From the human T2T-CHM13v2.0 reference genome, Homo sapiens, in the NCBI RefSeq assembly GCF_009914755.1, contig NC_060925.1: a DNA stretch of 64,000 nucleotides. One strand, 5' to 3'. Below the pieces are notes generated by a model. That model was not told where the DNA came from. It did no database searches and saw only the letters and a list, made by a program, of their open reading frames with translations. Shown piece by piece: positions 28,961 to 43,609 of the stretch (positions within the stretch are counted from its first letter, which is position 1; the number at the start of each line of letters is the position of its first letter). A program made the position numbers and the translations under genes.

Positions 28961-31478
28961 AAATGCCACCAAAATGTTTAGAAGGATTAGCATCACTGCT
29001 TACTCTTTAAACATTCTTGTCTCCTCGTGAACATTCTTAAAGCAGCTTAGATCTTCAAGGATTTGGAGAAACGTAGTTGGTTGAATGACTAACTCATTCC
29101 TTCACACAGTACATTTTTATTGAGCACTTACCATTTGTCAGGCACTGTTCTCGGTGCTAAAAATGCACTGCCTCCATCCTGCCCTAAACTTCTAGGGAAA
29201 GATCTAGGAAGATACAGATGGATGGAACTTTGGCATGCAGTTGTCTTTGCAGAGACATCAAGCTGCCTGTCCTTTATGGTGGTGGGACTAGGGTGGAGGT
29301 GGGGATGGGTCAGTGTTGGAAAGGGCTGTGAGAGACTTGGCCATCATGAGGTCACCATATGTGATTACCTTTGTCAGTGCCCTCAAGCTAAAGACCCCCA
29401 GGAGCACCCCTGTAGTTGAACAACTTGGGTGTCTTGATTGTTCTAGCATGGGTGACTGCACACTATGGGGGACCATAGAGGTATCTCAGTAAGACAGCGT
29501 TAGAAAGGACTGGTTAGAGAATCTGGGCCTGTGTTAGGTAATTTGGGGGAAGGTGTAAGGAAGCAGGGATTGGGTGCTGTCAAGAAGTGGGGAGAGCCTC
29601 TCCCCTCTGAGAGGCTGAAGTTGGTGATTGTAACAGAAGTGGCCATCACTCATAGTAGTCAGGAGAGTGGGTGTTCAGCTATTTGTGTGGTTTGGACAAT
29701 GGTCATGTTTTTGTCTGTGTTCAGAGTTGATCATGGAAGTGTCTTGTTTTTGTCTTGATCTATGCGGTCACAGAGTGACCTGACATTGATGTCCTGTGAA
29801 ATGGTTTATGTTCAATAGGAGACACCAAGTCCTCACTGTGGGAGCCAGGCCCATTCTGGCTGGCAGAGTCTGCTTTTCTCTTTTTCCCCATTTTGTCTGT
29901 GGCTGCCTCTGGTACAGCTAGCACTGTGTCCAAAGCCTCCCAGTGCAGCACAGAGATGCCTATTCTGAAAGTCCTAGCAACCCCTCATCCATCTTGCTCT
30001 CGGGATTTGTAAAATTCTGCAAGTGTGAAGTTTCTCTTTCTTTCTAATCTGATTCAGGTTAAACACATTCTTATTTGCTCCTCAGGGGAGCCTAAGACAA
30101 GAGGTACTCATCCCCACCATAATCGTGAACATTCTCATTAAGTCCTTGCTTTTTCATTTGTGATTCCCTCCCAATTCTTTTACACCATGTAGGAACTCTT
30201 ATATAAGCCTCAAGTCACATTTATTACTCACCTCTTGACCTGGCCTTCAGGGAATTCCATCTTTAATGGGAGTCTAAAAACAGCACCTGGCAGATGGAAG
30301 CCAGTGGGTGAGAGGAAAAGCTTCAGAGAAAAGGCTCTGTGAGGCTCTTTATCCATAACTGATTGAATCGGGGACGTTCAGAGCCCAGGGACCTTGAGAT
30401 CACTGAGTTCACACCTGGCCTGACACTAATTCTCGATCCTTCATCATCCGTCAGTGGTCAGTAGGCCTGGGTGGAGACACCTCCAGGGAGGTGAAGGTGG
30501 GGGCGTGACTGATGAAGAGGGGAAGCCTGAGAATTGGAGGGCCTTGGCTTTCCTGTCAAAAACTTAGAAGGCCAGGCTCCCTCAGCCTGGGATATGGCTG
30601 TTGGAATTTGAAGTGCTTCTCAAAGACCCTAGTCCTCCCATCCCTAGAAAAGTTCTCCCCTTAGAGCTGTAGCAATGATCCATTCCTTTGTATTAATCAC
30701 TGTAACTTCATGTTTTTTTTTTTTTCTGAGTAGAAGAGTAAACATTTAGCCGTTAATACTTTACTATGAATAAATGTATACAATAACTCTCTTCCTTCAC
30801 AGGACAGACAGATTGGGCAGCATGAGAATACCAGGTACCAGATGGAAGTGCTAAAATTGGTAAAAATAGCAGGAAGTACACTCAGATGGACCAAGTTAAA
30901 ATTCACCTACTTTATAGTTTTGCCTAGGGTTCATCCTTAGAGGAGAATTTGAGAGGCAAGGGCTGCAATTTGGGAGATGGAGGAAGGAGCTTGTTGGATT
31001 ACCAATGTTGTCCTTGAGAAAGTTTGAAATAGATTCTCTCCACTTTCCGTGGAAGTGCCTGAGCTGCTTATCCTGAGGTCGTCTTAGAGGGCAGGGGCTC
31101 TGCAGCTGAAGAGTGGGCCTTTAGTTCAGGGCTGTAGCTGTCAGAGCTCTGGACTGAGTGGTTTGGGTGGCCAACCTGAGAGGTACAGTTTGGGCTTGGC
31201 CAAAGTCAGTGTGGACAGGGAAGACCACATGGCCTCTGATGGGATGGGGAAGTGGAGGCTTTCCCAAAAGACAGTCTGCCCATGGAATATGTGAAAACCA
31301 GCAGCTTAGTTGCTACTTTGGTAGCTCAAAGACACCTGCTAAGAACTGTGTCCTGGGGCTGAAGCCAGCTCTTGAGATGTCAAGAAAGGGAGCTGACCTG
31401 ATAACCAACAGCCTGTCACAGAACCTTGGAACCTCTGCTCTTCACCACTTTCTCTTGCCTCCGTCACCCCTGCCCTAG

Positions 31479-31664
31479 ACCTTGCTGTGCTTGGCACTGC
31501 CTGGGTGACAGATGAGACTGAGAACTCCCTTGACGTGGAGTGGGAAAACCCCTCAACTGAGGTGGACTACTACAAGCTGCGATATGGCCCCATGACAGGA
31601 CAGGAGGTAGCTGAGGTCACTGTGCCCAAGAGCAGTGACCCCAAGAGCCGATATGACATCACTG
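31479..31664 (+). CDS. TNN: TNN exon 5: first part of FN3 domain 2
   Basis: cctag|ACCTT acceptor; DLAVLGTAWVTDETENSLDVEWENP...YDIT; ACTG|gtaaga donor. 186 nt. Confidence 0.95.
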
Positions 31665-32573
31665 GTAAGAGCCATCACTGGAATGTGAGATGTATGCTGT
31701 GGATGCAGAGGTGGGGATAGTGTGTGCAGAGGGCACTGGCATCTGCACTGCTCAAGTGTGCACAGACAGCCCAGGGGCCTTAGGAATCACACTTGAATCT
31801 GACCCTTGAATCTGCCAGACATAAGCCCACCTGGGAGGCCTGTAGACTCTGCCCCAGCATTCCAGAGCTCGATCCCAGGGCACCTTGTTAACAGATTATA
31901 TTTGTGAGATGTTCTCCAAGTCAGCAAACTCTCTTGAAGACCCTGTCTGTGTCTCAGAATGGATTTGATGGTGTATAGATATTCCTTTTGGAGGAACTTT
32001 AGTATTTGGGTGTTGGGGACAGGAGGGAACAGAAAGAGAGAGAGAGAGATTGAGATTGGTTTGTTGAGCATGATGCATGGAAGGGGTTGTGTTGGGGGAT
32101 GTGGAGGGGGGCAGGGTGCAGTGAGCAGGGGTGGCTCTCTGTCTCTGATTTCTGAGCTAATGCTGCCAAGAGCTAGAGCTCAAATGGCTGCTAAGGAAAC
32201 AAGGCTGCAGGGATGGATCAAGTTTGGCAGTGCTTGAAGTCTGTACAATTCCAGGGCTCTTTTTTAAGAAAAGTAATACGCAATCATGAATACCCAATCA
32301 GGTACAAGGCCTTGGAATGGGCCCGTGAAAGTGTGGGGCTTATTAGCTTCATGGTAAATTCCCTCCTGGAGCCTTGTTCTGCTGTCCACTCCTTGAGTTC
32401 TGTCTTGACAGGACATTTTGGGGTTCTTAGTGTTTGTGGAGTGCAGAATGAGGGTGTGTGCCTCACACAAGCTTCTGTTTGTCTGCATTTTACCACCACA
32501 GTCTGAATATTTGTGCCCAAGGAAAAATAATTCTAGTTGCTTCTACAGAGAAATAACTTTTTTTTAAAAAAAG

Positions 32574-32735
32574 GGCTGGGCATAATGGCTCATGCCTGTG
32601 GTCCCAGCTACTTAAGAGGCTGAGGCGGGAGGATCCCTTGAGCCCAGGAGGTTGAGGCTACCATGAGCCGTGATTGCACCACTGCACTCTAGCCTGAGTG
32701 ACACAGTGAGATCCTGTCTCTAATAAAATAAATAG
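32574..32735 (+). mobile_element. Alu right monomer (FRAM-like)
   Basis: Single arm ggctgggcataatgg...gagatcctgtctc plus A-rich tail. Confidence 0.85.
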
Positions 32736-33133
32736 GAAAAAATTAGGCTAAATGTCACAATGAGAAGGAGAGATGCTTTGGAAGGAAAAGGGTTGCTGGG
32801 AGCAGAAACACATTTGGGTCTATAAATAAAATTGGGAAATAAGTGCTAGGTGGCCCAGTGAAGAACCAGAGAACATTTGAAATGCATTTCAATTGCTGTC
32901 ATCTCATTTGCTGTGATGCCCTACTCCCATCCCCAGCCTATAAGCCCCCTCAGTGACACCTCATGTTCTATTGCACCTGCGGGGCTTTATTTGCCTGCAA
33001 ATACAGATTCATCTTTGGAGGAGGAAGCATCACCTCTCATCTTCCCTCACGGGAGAAATCCCAGGGAGGAGTAGTGCTGGGGAGAGGGGTCTGGAGCCTG
33101 CACTCACATCCTGCGCTGCCTGCTTGTTTCCAG

Positions 33134-33223
33134 GTCTGCACCCGGGGACTGAGTATAAGATCACGGTGGTGCCCATGAGAGGAGAGCTGGAGGGCAAGCC
33201 GATCCTCCTGAATGGCAGGACAG
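33134..33223 (+). CDS. TNN: TNN exon 6: second part of FN3 domain 2
   Basis: ttccag|GTCTG acceptor; GLHPGTEYKITVVPMRGELEGKPILLNGRT; ACAG|gtgaga donor. 90 nt. Confidence 0.95.
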
Positions 33224-33260
33224 GTGAGAGCTACTTGGAGGCACTATGGGCATTTAATCA

Positions 33261-33662
<402 letters not shown>

Positions 33663-34824
33663 TTATGTACTGATGTCTATTTTTGGGCAGGGAAAGGGAA
33701 GCAAACTTTTCCTATTTCAAATTTTTCTTGCCATTGAAAATCTCTCCCAGGGTCTTGGAGTCAAGGGACAAGACTGTCTGACACCGTTCTGCTTATTTTA
33801 ATAGCTTCTATCACCGCGTTGTTTTTAAGGCATTTATTATCTAGGACATAGGCACATAGCTCCTTATTCCCTAAAGACAAGTGATCTATAATTTTCTTCT
33901 TGCCACACCTGTGTTTTTTCCTGATGCCCACATTCAGTAGACTCCTCTAAAATGTCAAAAGATATTAAAAACCCTCACATGGGAGTAGTGGTATGTTGTC
34001 ATCTGTGTATTGAGAAAATATATAATGATAAAAGGTTACAAATCAGTCATATTTGACAATAAGTTTGTAATTTATTAATCAGAACAGAATTGGAAAACAT
34101 GGTAGGCATACATACGAGACATCCTAGGTAACTTTTAGTTTTTAAACCATGCTTGAGCCCATATTGAATTGTGAACTTCCTCATTAACTCTGTGCTCCTG
34201 CCTTCCCCATGCTGGAAACCTGTGATCTAGAACATAGTGCCATTCGGGGAGACTAATCCTTGGAGCTGGTAAAGAAGGAGTCTTTGAGTTTTGAGTCTTC
34301 GTTGAAAAGTTTTTTAGTTCTTTCCAATTCAGTCCTGGAAATAGCTGGTTATGGTGGTGAGAATAAGAGGTGAGATGTTGTGAGAATTGAATTCACTATT
34401 TCAGCTGCCTAACAGATTGCTTATCTGCAGTATGAAACAGTTATAGTTGGGCATTTATAATGGAGAACATATAACTTAATTTACAAACTAGACAAGGTAG
34501 ACTGTACAGTCTGCCTGAATAGTGGACTAGGGAACTGTTTTAATGGGTTAGAAAATGGTAAGTACTTCTGTGCTTCCAGTGGCATTCCCTGTAGCTGTGA
34601 ATTAATTGAGAGCTTACTGAGTGCCAGGCATTATAATCACTAAGCACTTTTTATGAATATCTCATTTAGTTCTCACAGCAATCCAATGAAGTAGATACTA
34701 TTATTATTTCTCTGCCACATATAAGAAAACTGGAGAAGTTAAGCTCAAGATTGCCCAGCCAGGAAAGGACAGAGCTGGGATTTGAACCCAGGATACCCAA
34801 GTCTAAACCTTTGGGCTTAGCTAC

Positions 34825-35257
34825 TGCAAACCAAAAAGTATCTGAGATAGGCCTTAATCAACTTAGAAGTTTATTTTTCCAAGGTTAAGGACATGCCTGG
34901 GAGAAAGAAACATGGAATCACAGAAACAATCTGTGGTCTGTACCTTTCTCCAAAGATGATTTTGAGGACTTCAATATTTAAATGGGAAAAGTGGGCTGAA
35001 GAGGAAATAGGGAGGGTATAATTCCCATGTTGGAAGAGAAAGGAGCAGGTAGCGGGATAGTCAATTACGTGTTGAGTACATTTGCACTTTTCTCAGGATA
35101 AGGTGAACGTGGAGTAGCTACCTGTGGAGATATTTAACCTTTTATCCGGCGTAGGAACAAAAGGAAAGGCAGCTTCTTGCATAACTCAGCTTTCAGCTTT
35201 ATTTTTTCCTTTTGGCAGAGTGAATTGGGGTCCCGAGTTTTTTATTTTCATTTCAAA
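34825..35257 (-). mobile_element. ERV1 solo LTR (MER4A-like), TSD CTAC
   Basis: tgcaaaccaaaaagtatctgagatagg...ttttattttcatttca; CTAC at 34821-34824 and 35258-35261. Confidence 0.75.
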
Positions 35258-35292
35258 CTACAAAGCTAAAGTGCTTCCCACTTTTACCTTCC

Positions 35293-36159
35293 TGTAAGAG
35301 ATAAACACTTTTTCTTCTCTTACACAGTCAACACAACACAGAACATTTCACCTCTGGAAGTGATTTTTCCCCATACACCAGGGAGTTTTCCATCGGACAC
35401 AAACTGGATGTTCTATAATTCAATTCATATCTGACATTGTCTCCCTGGAAATAGCCTCAGATCCCACAAGTTAAAGGCCCAGTCCCACAAGACTTTCCTC
35501 ACTTCAGATGCCTGTCACAGTCCCCAGGTTAGGACCTGTACTTCTGACCAATCAGCTAGAAATTGGGGGTTCTTATGACTCCCCTCCTTGAGTTCCATTA
35601 ATTTGCTAGAGCAGCTCACAGAACGCAGGGAAACACTTTACTTACGTTTACCTATTTAGTATAATAAAGAATATTACAAAGATCCAGGTGAAGAACCAGA
35701 TGGAAGAGATGCATAGGTCAAGGTACGTGCTTCCATGGCCTCTGTGGGTGTGCCACCCTCCCCAAACCTCCACTTGTTCAGCAACCAGGAAGCACTCTGA
35801 ACCCAGTCCTTTTGGGTTCTCATGGAGACCTCATTATATAGGAATGATTGATTACATCATTGGCCACTGGTGATTAACTCAACCTTTAGCAACTGTGAGC
35901 GCCTCTCTCCTTCCCCTTGTTAGGGGGGTGGGTAGGTGGGGCTGGTAGTTCCAATCCTCTAATCACAATGTTGGTTCCCTGGAAACCACCCCCTTTCTGA
36001 GGCTACCCAGGAGCACCCCTCAACCCCTTACAGCAGTCATCTCATTAACATACAGAAGACACCTCACTTTGGAGATTCCAAGGGTTTTAGGAGCTGTGTG
36101 CCAGGAATCAGGGACCCAAAACCAAACATGTGTTTCTTGTTATAAATCATAACATCACA
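35293..36159 (-). mobile_element. Solo LTR (MER21-like)
   Basis: TG...CA ends (tgtaag ... atcaca); cagatcccacaagttaaaggcccagtcccacaagact; flanks cttcc/cctcc. Confidence 0.7.
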
Positions 36160-39100
36160 CCTCCCCTCCTTCTTGCCCATTATTTCTGGTTAATTTTCAT
36201 ACTGTTTGCTTCCTAACTGAAAAATTTTCTATGATTCCTCACTGACTGAGGAGGAAGCATAATGCTTTTATCTTGGCCTCCGTGGCCCACCCAGCCTGGG
36301 CCACTGTTATTCTCATTACTTCCCCAGGGAAAGCCTTCCTGTAGCCAGACTGTTTGTGGGGTTTCCTAACAGAAAGCTTATCTCTGCAAGTGGGTTTCTG
36401 TTGTTACTTAGCCTGGAAAACCCTTGCCATTATTTCTAGCCACAAATTAATTTAATTCAACAAACATTTATTGCAGGATGTATCTGGGCCAAAGAGACCT
36501 GGTCCCTTTAGAAATTTCCAGAGCTGATAAGCCATGGTCCTTTTCCTTCAGGGGATCACAGCAATAATGTGACGTATCCTTCCAGGCTGTGCTCAAACAG
36601 TTTCTCCACTGCAGCCTTCTATGACCGCATTAAATGTCAGCCAGATTTGTTTCTGAGGTCTGAGAGCATTTAATCACATATGGCCTTGAATTGCTAGTTA
36701 GCCTTCCACCTATACTGGAATGTTGTTACTCAAAAGTGTTTTTATTGTCAATTATATCCTAAAACCAGGATAGAATATTTTATTGGATTGCAAATAAATT
36801 TGTGTCATGTGTTTTACCAGCATCAAAAAGAAAAAGACACTGTAATTTATAGGGTCAGGAAACACTCTTAAACCTGGCTAGACTGTTAATTAATTTAAGG
36901 GAAAAGAAGAATCTCTGTTTTCTCCAAACGTTTTGCATCCCACCAGGTGGAAAAGGATGCTGGAACTTAAGAACAGCCTAAGCATGTGCAGGAGGAAACG
37001 AGGAAATGACACCGTTCAGGGATTTTTCATGTAACGAGGCACCCAGTGTAACTAACACCATGACAGGGAAATGGTTGACTGAAATTCCTCACCCTGTTAC
37101 CCAACATGCTCAAAGTGCGCTGGAACACCTTCCAGAAAGGCCAGCCTCAGAAGCAGGTCAGCTTAAGGAGCAGCAAGCATACGCCAGGCCAGTGTCTCTG
37201 GGGGATTGGCGAGGGGAATGTCCCTGGACTTCTGCATCATACCCTGACAGCTATGCTTCCCATTCAATGAAAAGAAAGGGAGGCTACTAACTGAGAGGTG
37301 ATGTCATTCTTTTGTCCTCTATCTATAAAATGAAGAGTTGGACTAAATGAGTTTAAAGTCCTTTCTCTTTTCTTATGATGATGGTATTCTGTTAATAGCT
37401 TCATGCTTTTCCCTGGTGTGTATAAAACAAAGCATGCTTGCTTTGTTATAATTTCACAAGCTCCCATGCACAGCAAAGGTTATAGCCTAGAATATTCACT
37501 TGTCATCAATTTTCTCAGAACTTTCCTCCTTAGACTATGCTGTGAAATAGCAGTTTTGCTTTTCTTAATATCTTTTTCACTTTTTACTGATTTCCAAACA
37601 CAATGTTCCATTTGAAATGGCTTAGCCCCTAAAACTTTGGAAACTCCTTCATGTCCTAGGCTGAGCTCCTGTCACCATTGAGAACTCCTGTCTCATACAC
37701 AGCCACCAACACACACATTTAGCATCTGGACAACAGCAACAATCTCTATCATTTGCGCGATCACTGTATTCTAGTGGGCTTCTGTATATTGTGAGACTTT
37801 GTAAATATTATCTCTGGTCCTTATAATATCAATAGGATTGTAAGCATTATTATTTCCATTTTACATATGAGAACACTGAGGCCTACAAAGTTTAGGAGAC
37901 TCAGGGTGAGCTAGTGAACAGCTAGCTGGTACAACTTAGGTTCGCTTGAAATCAAAGTCAATAACCTTTTTAGAAGCAAAGCTGGAGGACAACAGGAAGA
38001 AGGGCTGACCTCTCTGAGTGCATTTTCTACAAACGATGCCTTTTGGATAATTTTGTTGCCACAATTGAAAGACATTAGAGGAGGTCTGTGAAAACAAGAG
38101 TACAGAACGTGTAGGTATTGTGGTCTCAAGGCACCTCTTCCAGGAACCCACCTTCAAATCAATGACACAGGTCCTGCCCCCCGTGTCTTCCTCCCCCAAG
38201 ATCATTTCTCATAGATTTTTCATCCCGTCAGTGCCATCTTCTACTGCACCAACTGGGAGATTCACAGGTGGAAATTGTGAGTGGAGAAACCTGTTCCTAA
38301 TGCCTGTGACTATGTGCTCAAGTGTGGACAGGAGCTTTCGGATGTTACAGCCTAGTGTGAAGACAGATGTTCCCTACCCAACTCTGTGGCAAATCTTGTT
38401 ATAAAGTGGAATAAGCTTTCCTGATGTGAACAGAGCTTCTAATTAACCTCCTCCATATACTGTGTTCAGGTTTTGCAAATTAGATCTCTTTGAAGTGAAG
38501 TGCACCTTTATTCTAACTAACGTATGTACTCACAGGCGAGTCCCACCTATCCAGTTTTACAAACCTTACTTTACATCTCATTGACCTTGAATGTCCCTAA
38601 GAAAGGTCCCACCAGGGCTGCTAGTGTCCAGCAGTTGGGAAGTTCCAGCCTGGGGAGGATGTTGGGGCCAGGGTGGGGAGAGCCTGTCTTGTAGTAGAGG
38701 CTACAGCTGTGGCTAATCTGTGATTTAGCCAGCTGCTGCAGCTGCTGAAAGGCTTCCTTGCATGGAAAAACTATTTCATAATCTCCAGATCCCTTTTTGG
38801 TAGAAAGAGGTTTCAGTCCTGCAAAGCTGGCCTCTTCCAGCAATGTGGCCTATCATGGAGGTCCCATCTCTGAGGCCTTCCTCCCATTCCTGTGTCTCAG
38901 CACCTGATCCCCATCGGGGGAATGGTCAAGGAGAGCAAGCTCTGTGAAGAGCCCCTTCTGAGTTGAGTTGCTGTGGTTAGAGAACTGAGAGAAAAGGGAA
39001 GGCAGGGGGCCAAGAGCTGTGACTGGCACTGTGAGCTTGGAGAAGTCACATCTCCTCTCTTAAACTTCTTTAAACCTCCAGGTCTCCTATAACCCTGGGC

Positions 39101-39259
39101 ATAATATGATTCAGTTTTACCTTCCTACTCTTCATACCCAAGATGCTGTTTCCTGGCTCTTCTCCATCCCTTGAGTGCTCTGGGACTGGTGGGAGAGAAA
39201 GGAGCTACAGAGCTGGCTGCTGCTTCCTCTTTCCACCCATGTGGACATGATGGATCTTT

Positions 39260-39617
<358 letters not shown>

Positions 39618-40409
39618 TATGATATATTTTTCAATACACACAGGCAGCACCAACCCCACAAAGCCACAGGCCTCTGCTGTGGGTCCTGGAAGCAATGGTA
39701 GCAAGCACCAATCTGGGGCAGGGAGATGGGGTGGGAGGCACTGCTGGGACCTGGGGTTGTACAGATGTGGATGCTTTTGAGAAGGTGAGGGCCATGAACT
39801 TCACGAGCAGGACTGCTAGGGTGTTCTTGCTCGCTTCTTCCTGCCTCCTTAGTTTTCCATTTCCACTTTGTCACTAATTTCCCCAGATTGAGATATTGGT
39901 TTTGGATGGCTCTTGTCATCTCTTCCCTATGACATGCAGGATCATGTCTTGCACAGAAAGTTGTTACAGGATGGGGAGAGAGTTCTCTCTATCGTTGCAC
40001 TCTTTTCCTTGACTGTCCTCTTACAGCCTGCTGGAGCCTCCAGAGGCCCTGGCCATGGGGTCAGACAGTGGGTGCCTGCATCCTAATTGTCCACTCTGTC
40101 ATTCCTGGAGGCCCACAAGTGGCAGACTATTGGCTCTGAGCTCACAGTGCCAGTCACAGTGAGACTATTGTCTCACAAGGCAATAGTTCAAGAACGAGTT
40201 TCTCTCTCTAGTTACTGTCTATTACTGCTGCTGGATTTCATGTCACAGTAACCTTTCAGTTCACACTTTACTTTATTTATAATTTATTATTATTATTAGT
40301 TGCAAAGGAAAATGCTATTGATAGTGCTGCTTAGGACATAGACATATAAAGTGGAAATGTATAGTCTTTGTTAGATAAGAATGAGTTCAAATCTTGGCTC
40401 TACCACTTA

Positions 40410-40965
40410 ATGTATCCAAAAGCAAACGCTTGGTCCTCTTCCTCTCCCCACTCCCTACTGCAAATGCTTCCCTCCCTCAGATATCCCTGTCTCTATAAAT
40501 GGCCACTCCATTTTGCAAATTACTTGGGCCCCAAGCCAACAAATCATTCATTGTATCCCATGTTGAATCCATCAGCAGATTATGACAGCCTTACCTTTGA
40601 AAGCTCCAAAGCCAGCCTTCCCCATGACCCTCATTACTGCTGCAGTGGCCTGCACCCCCACCATCTTGCATATACACCACTGAAGCAGCCTCCTGTGTGA
40701 CCTTCACTCTTGGTTCACTAGAGTGAGTATTCTCCTCAGAAGCCAGAGGGATCCTTTGATAGCCCAAGTCAGATCAGGTCATTCCTCTTTTCAAAGCCCC
40801 CAGAGACTTCTCTTGTTACTTAGTGTAAAAGACAATGTCATTACAATGGCCTTCAAGGCCATCCATAGTCCACTGTCCCTCTCACTTCCCTGGCCTCCCC
40901 TCCAGCCGCTTGACTTAACTCTGTCTAGATGCACTGGCCTCCTTGCTGTTGCTTGAACACATGAA
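40410..40965. mobile_element. L2 fragment
   Basis: gccagagggatcct...agtcagatcaggtca.tcctct...ttcaaggcc...gcactggcctccttgctgttgcttgaacac L2 3' motifs. Confidence 0.6.
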
Positions 40966-41718
40966 GCAGGACCTTGGGTTAGCAGGGACATGTGTCAAAG
41001 AAAAAATGAGAGATTTTCTAAGGTCATGGGCTCAGGATATGTTCTTGGGAAGCACAGTCTCTAGGACACAGCTGGCATATTGTTCTGGGTTAGTTCTTTT
41101 TGAATATAAGCTCCACATTGGTGGGGATTTTTGACTGTTTTGCTCATTGATAACTCTTAAATGTCATTACATTCCCTGACACATAATGGATGTTCAGTGA
41201 AGTGCTGTTGAATGAATGAAGTGAGTTTTGGAGATTTGTATTTGAAAAGAGAGAGAAGAGCATGTGTAGATAAAAGTGCCAGGCCTGGAAACTGTGATTT
41301 GGAAGCAATGAACAGGGGAGGTGATGTTGTTTTGATTTGAGGAGAACTAGGGAGGGGAATGATGACTCTTCTTGAATACTTGCTGGTTGGTCTTCTGGAA
41401 GGGGAATTAGATGTATTCTCTCTGTCTACCTAGGGTAGACAATTAGAAGGAGTTACATTTGAAGGAGTTTTCTCTAATATGTTCAGTAGTCTGCAAATGG
41501 AAAATGGAATGGATTGTGTTGTCTATTGGAGAGTCCTTTCTTAGTTTAGGGTTCAAGCAGAAGCCAGTTGTCCACTTGTCACTGATGATGGAGAGACCCC
41601 CTTGTATTGCATAAACTATTGAACTAGGTCACCCAGGTGAACTAGATCTTTAACAATCTATGATCTTGACTAACCAACTGGTTTCTCTGATTTTTCTTTC
41701 TCATGTGTTTTTATGAAG

Positions 41719-41982
41719 AAATTGACAGTCCAACCAATGTTGTCACTGATCGAGTGACTGAAGACACAGCAACTGTCTCCTGGGACCCAGTGCAGGCTGT
41801 CATAGACAAGTATGTAGTGCGCTACACTTCTGCTGATGGGGACACCAAGGAAATGGCAGTGCACAAGGATGAGAGCAGCACTGTCCTGACGGGCCTGAAG
41901 CCAGGAGAGGCATACAAGGTCTACGTGTGGGCTGAAAGGGGCAACCAGGGGAGCAAGAAAGCTGACACCAATGCCCTCACAG
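41719..41982 (+). CDS. TNN: TNN exon 7: FN3 domain 3
   Basis: tgaag|AAATTGAC acceptor; EIDSPTNVVTDRVTEDTATVSWDP...GLKPGEAYKVYV; ACAG|gtaaca donor. 264 nt. Confidence 0.95.
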
Positions 41983-42994
41983 GTAACAGAAGGACGGGAG
42001 CATAAATAGGTTTCCTCATGGCAGGGAGAAGGTTGATTTTTGAATCAGGAGGTCATTGCTCACCTGGCATCAGCTCTTTTGTTTGCAGGAGTGGGGAGGA
42101 GGTTGCAAAACCAATTTTGATTTTCATAATTATATATATTTTTCCTTTTTAACATCAAACAAAAGAGATCAGCTTTTTCACTTGATGCAGAAGGTCATAC
42201 TTATTTGAGTTGGAATTCCGTATGCAACCCCCTCAGAATAGAGTAACACTTCCTAATTTTCATTTTTTAGATGTGAAAACTCAAAACATTGGGCTGACAG
42301 TGAATTTGAATGCTTATCTCAGTTTGCAGTGGCTGTGCAGGCACTTTGCATATAATCTGGAGCTCTCTTTTAGACCGTGGAAATAGTTTGCATCCTAAGT
42401 CAACATTTACTAAATGGACCAATTCTTCCTTTAAGCTTTCAGAAGCCATGAGGGTTCTCATACTTCACCCAGTCATTCTGCTCAGTTTGCGCCTGCAGGG
42501 GTCCTGGGACTATACTGGGACATAGCCCAGCCATTCTTTCTGCTTAAATCCTCTCCTGGTGCTTCTCTGAATTTAGAGCAGCCTGATCCTGGTGCCCGCA
42601 TGAGGTTCCAAAACACCTGGCAGGAAATCAGAGGGAAAGGCTTCGCTTATTGTTTGCATTCTATTCTGGACAGTTACTGAGTATAGAGACTCTCAGAGAA
42701 GCAGAGAGATGGTTAGGAATATGGTTTCAGAAAATTGACTGTCCAGGTTTTAACCCCAGCTCTGCCATTGACTAGCTGAGTGGCTTTGAGCAAGTTACTT
42801 TACTTCCGTTCCTGTTTCTTATGGCACAAGTGAGAGCAATGATTTTTTAGAATGTTAATCAGTATTTGGCTCTTGAAAGATTTCGTGGTGCACAGCCTCC
42901 TAGATCCATGTGGGCCTCAATAGTTGACCTCTTCTTCAGGGGAGCAGAGAAGACATTGACAGTAAGGATGGTGATATCTAAATCTGTTTAAAGT

Positions 42995-43609
<615 letters not shown>

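Noticed and set aside
31720-31770. Short GTGCAGA...TCTGCAC hairpin after exon 5
   Set aside because: A 7-bp stem is too short to distinguish from chance and does not fit a miRNA-like precursor.
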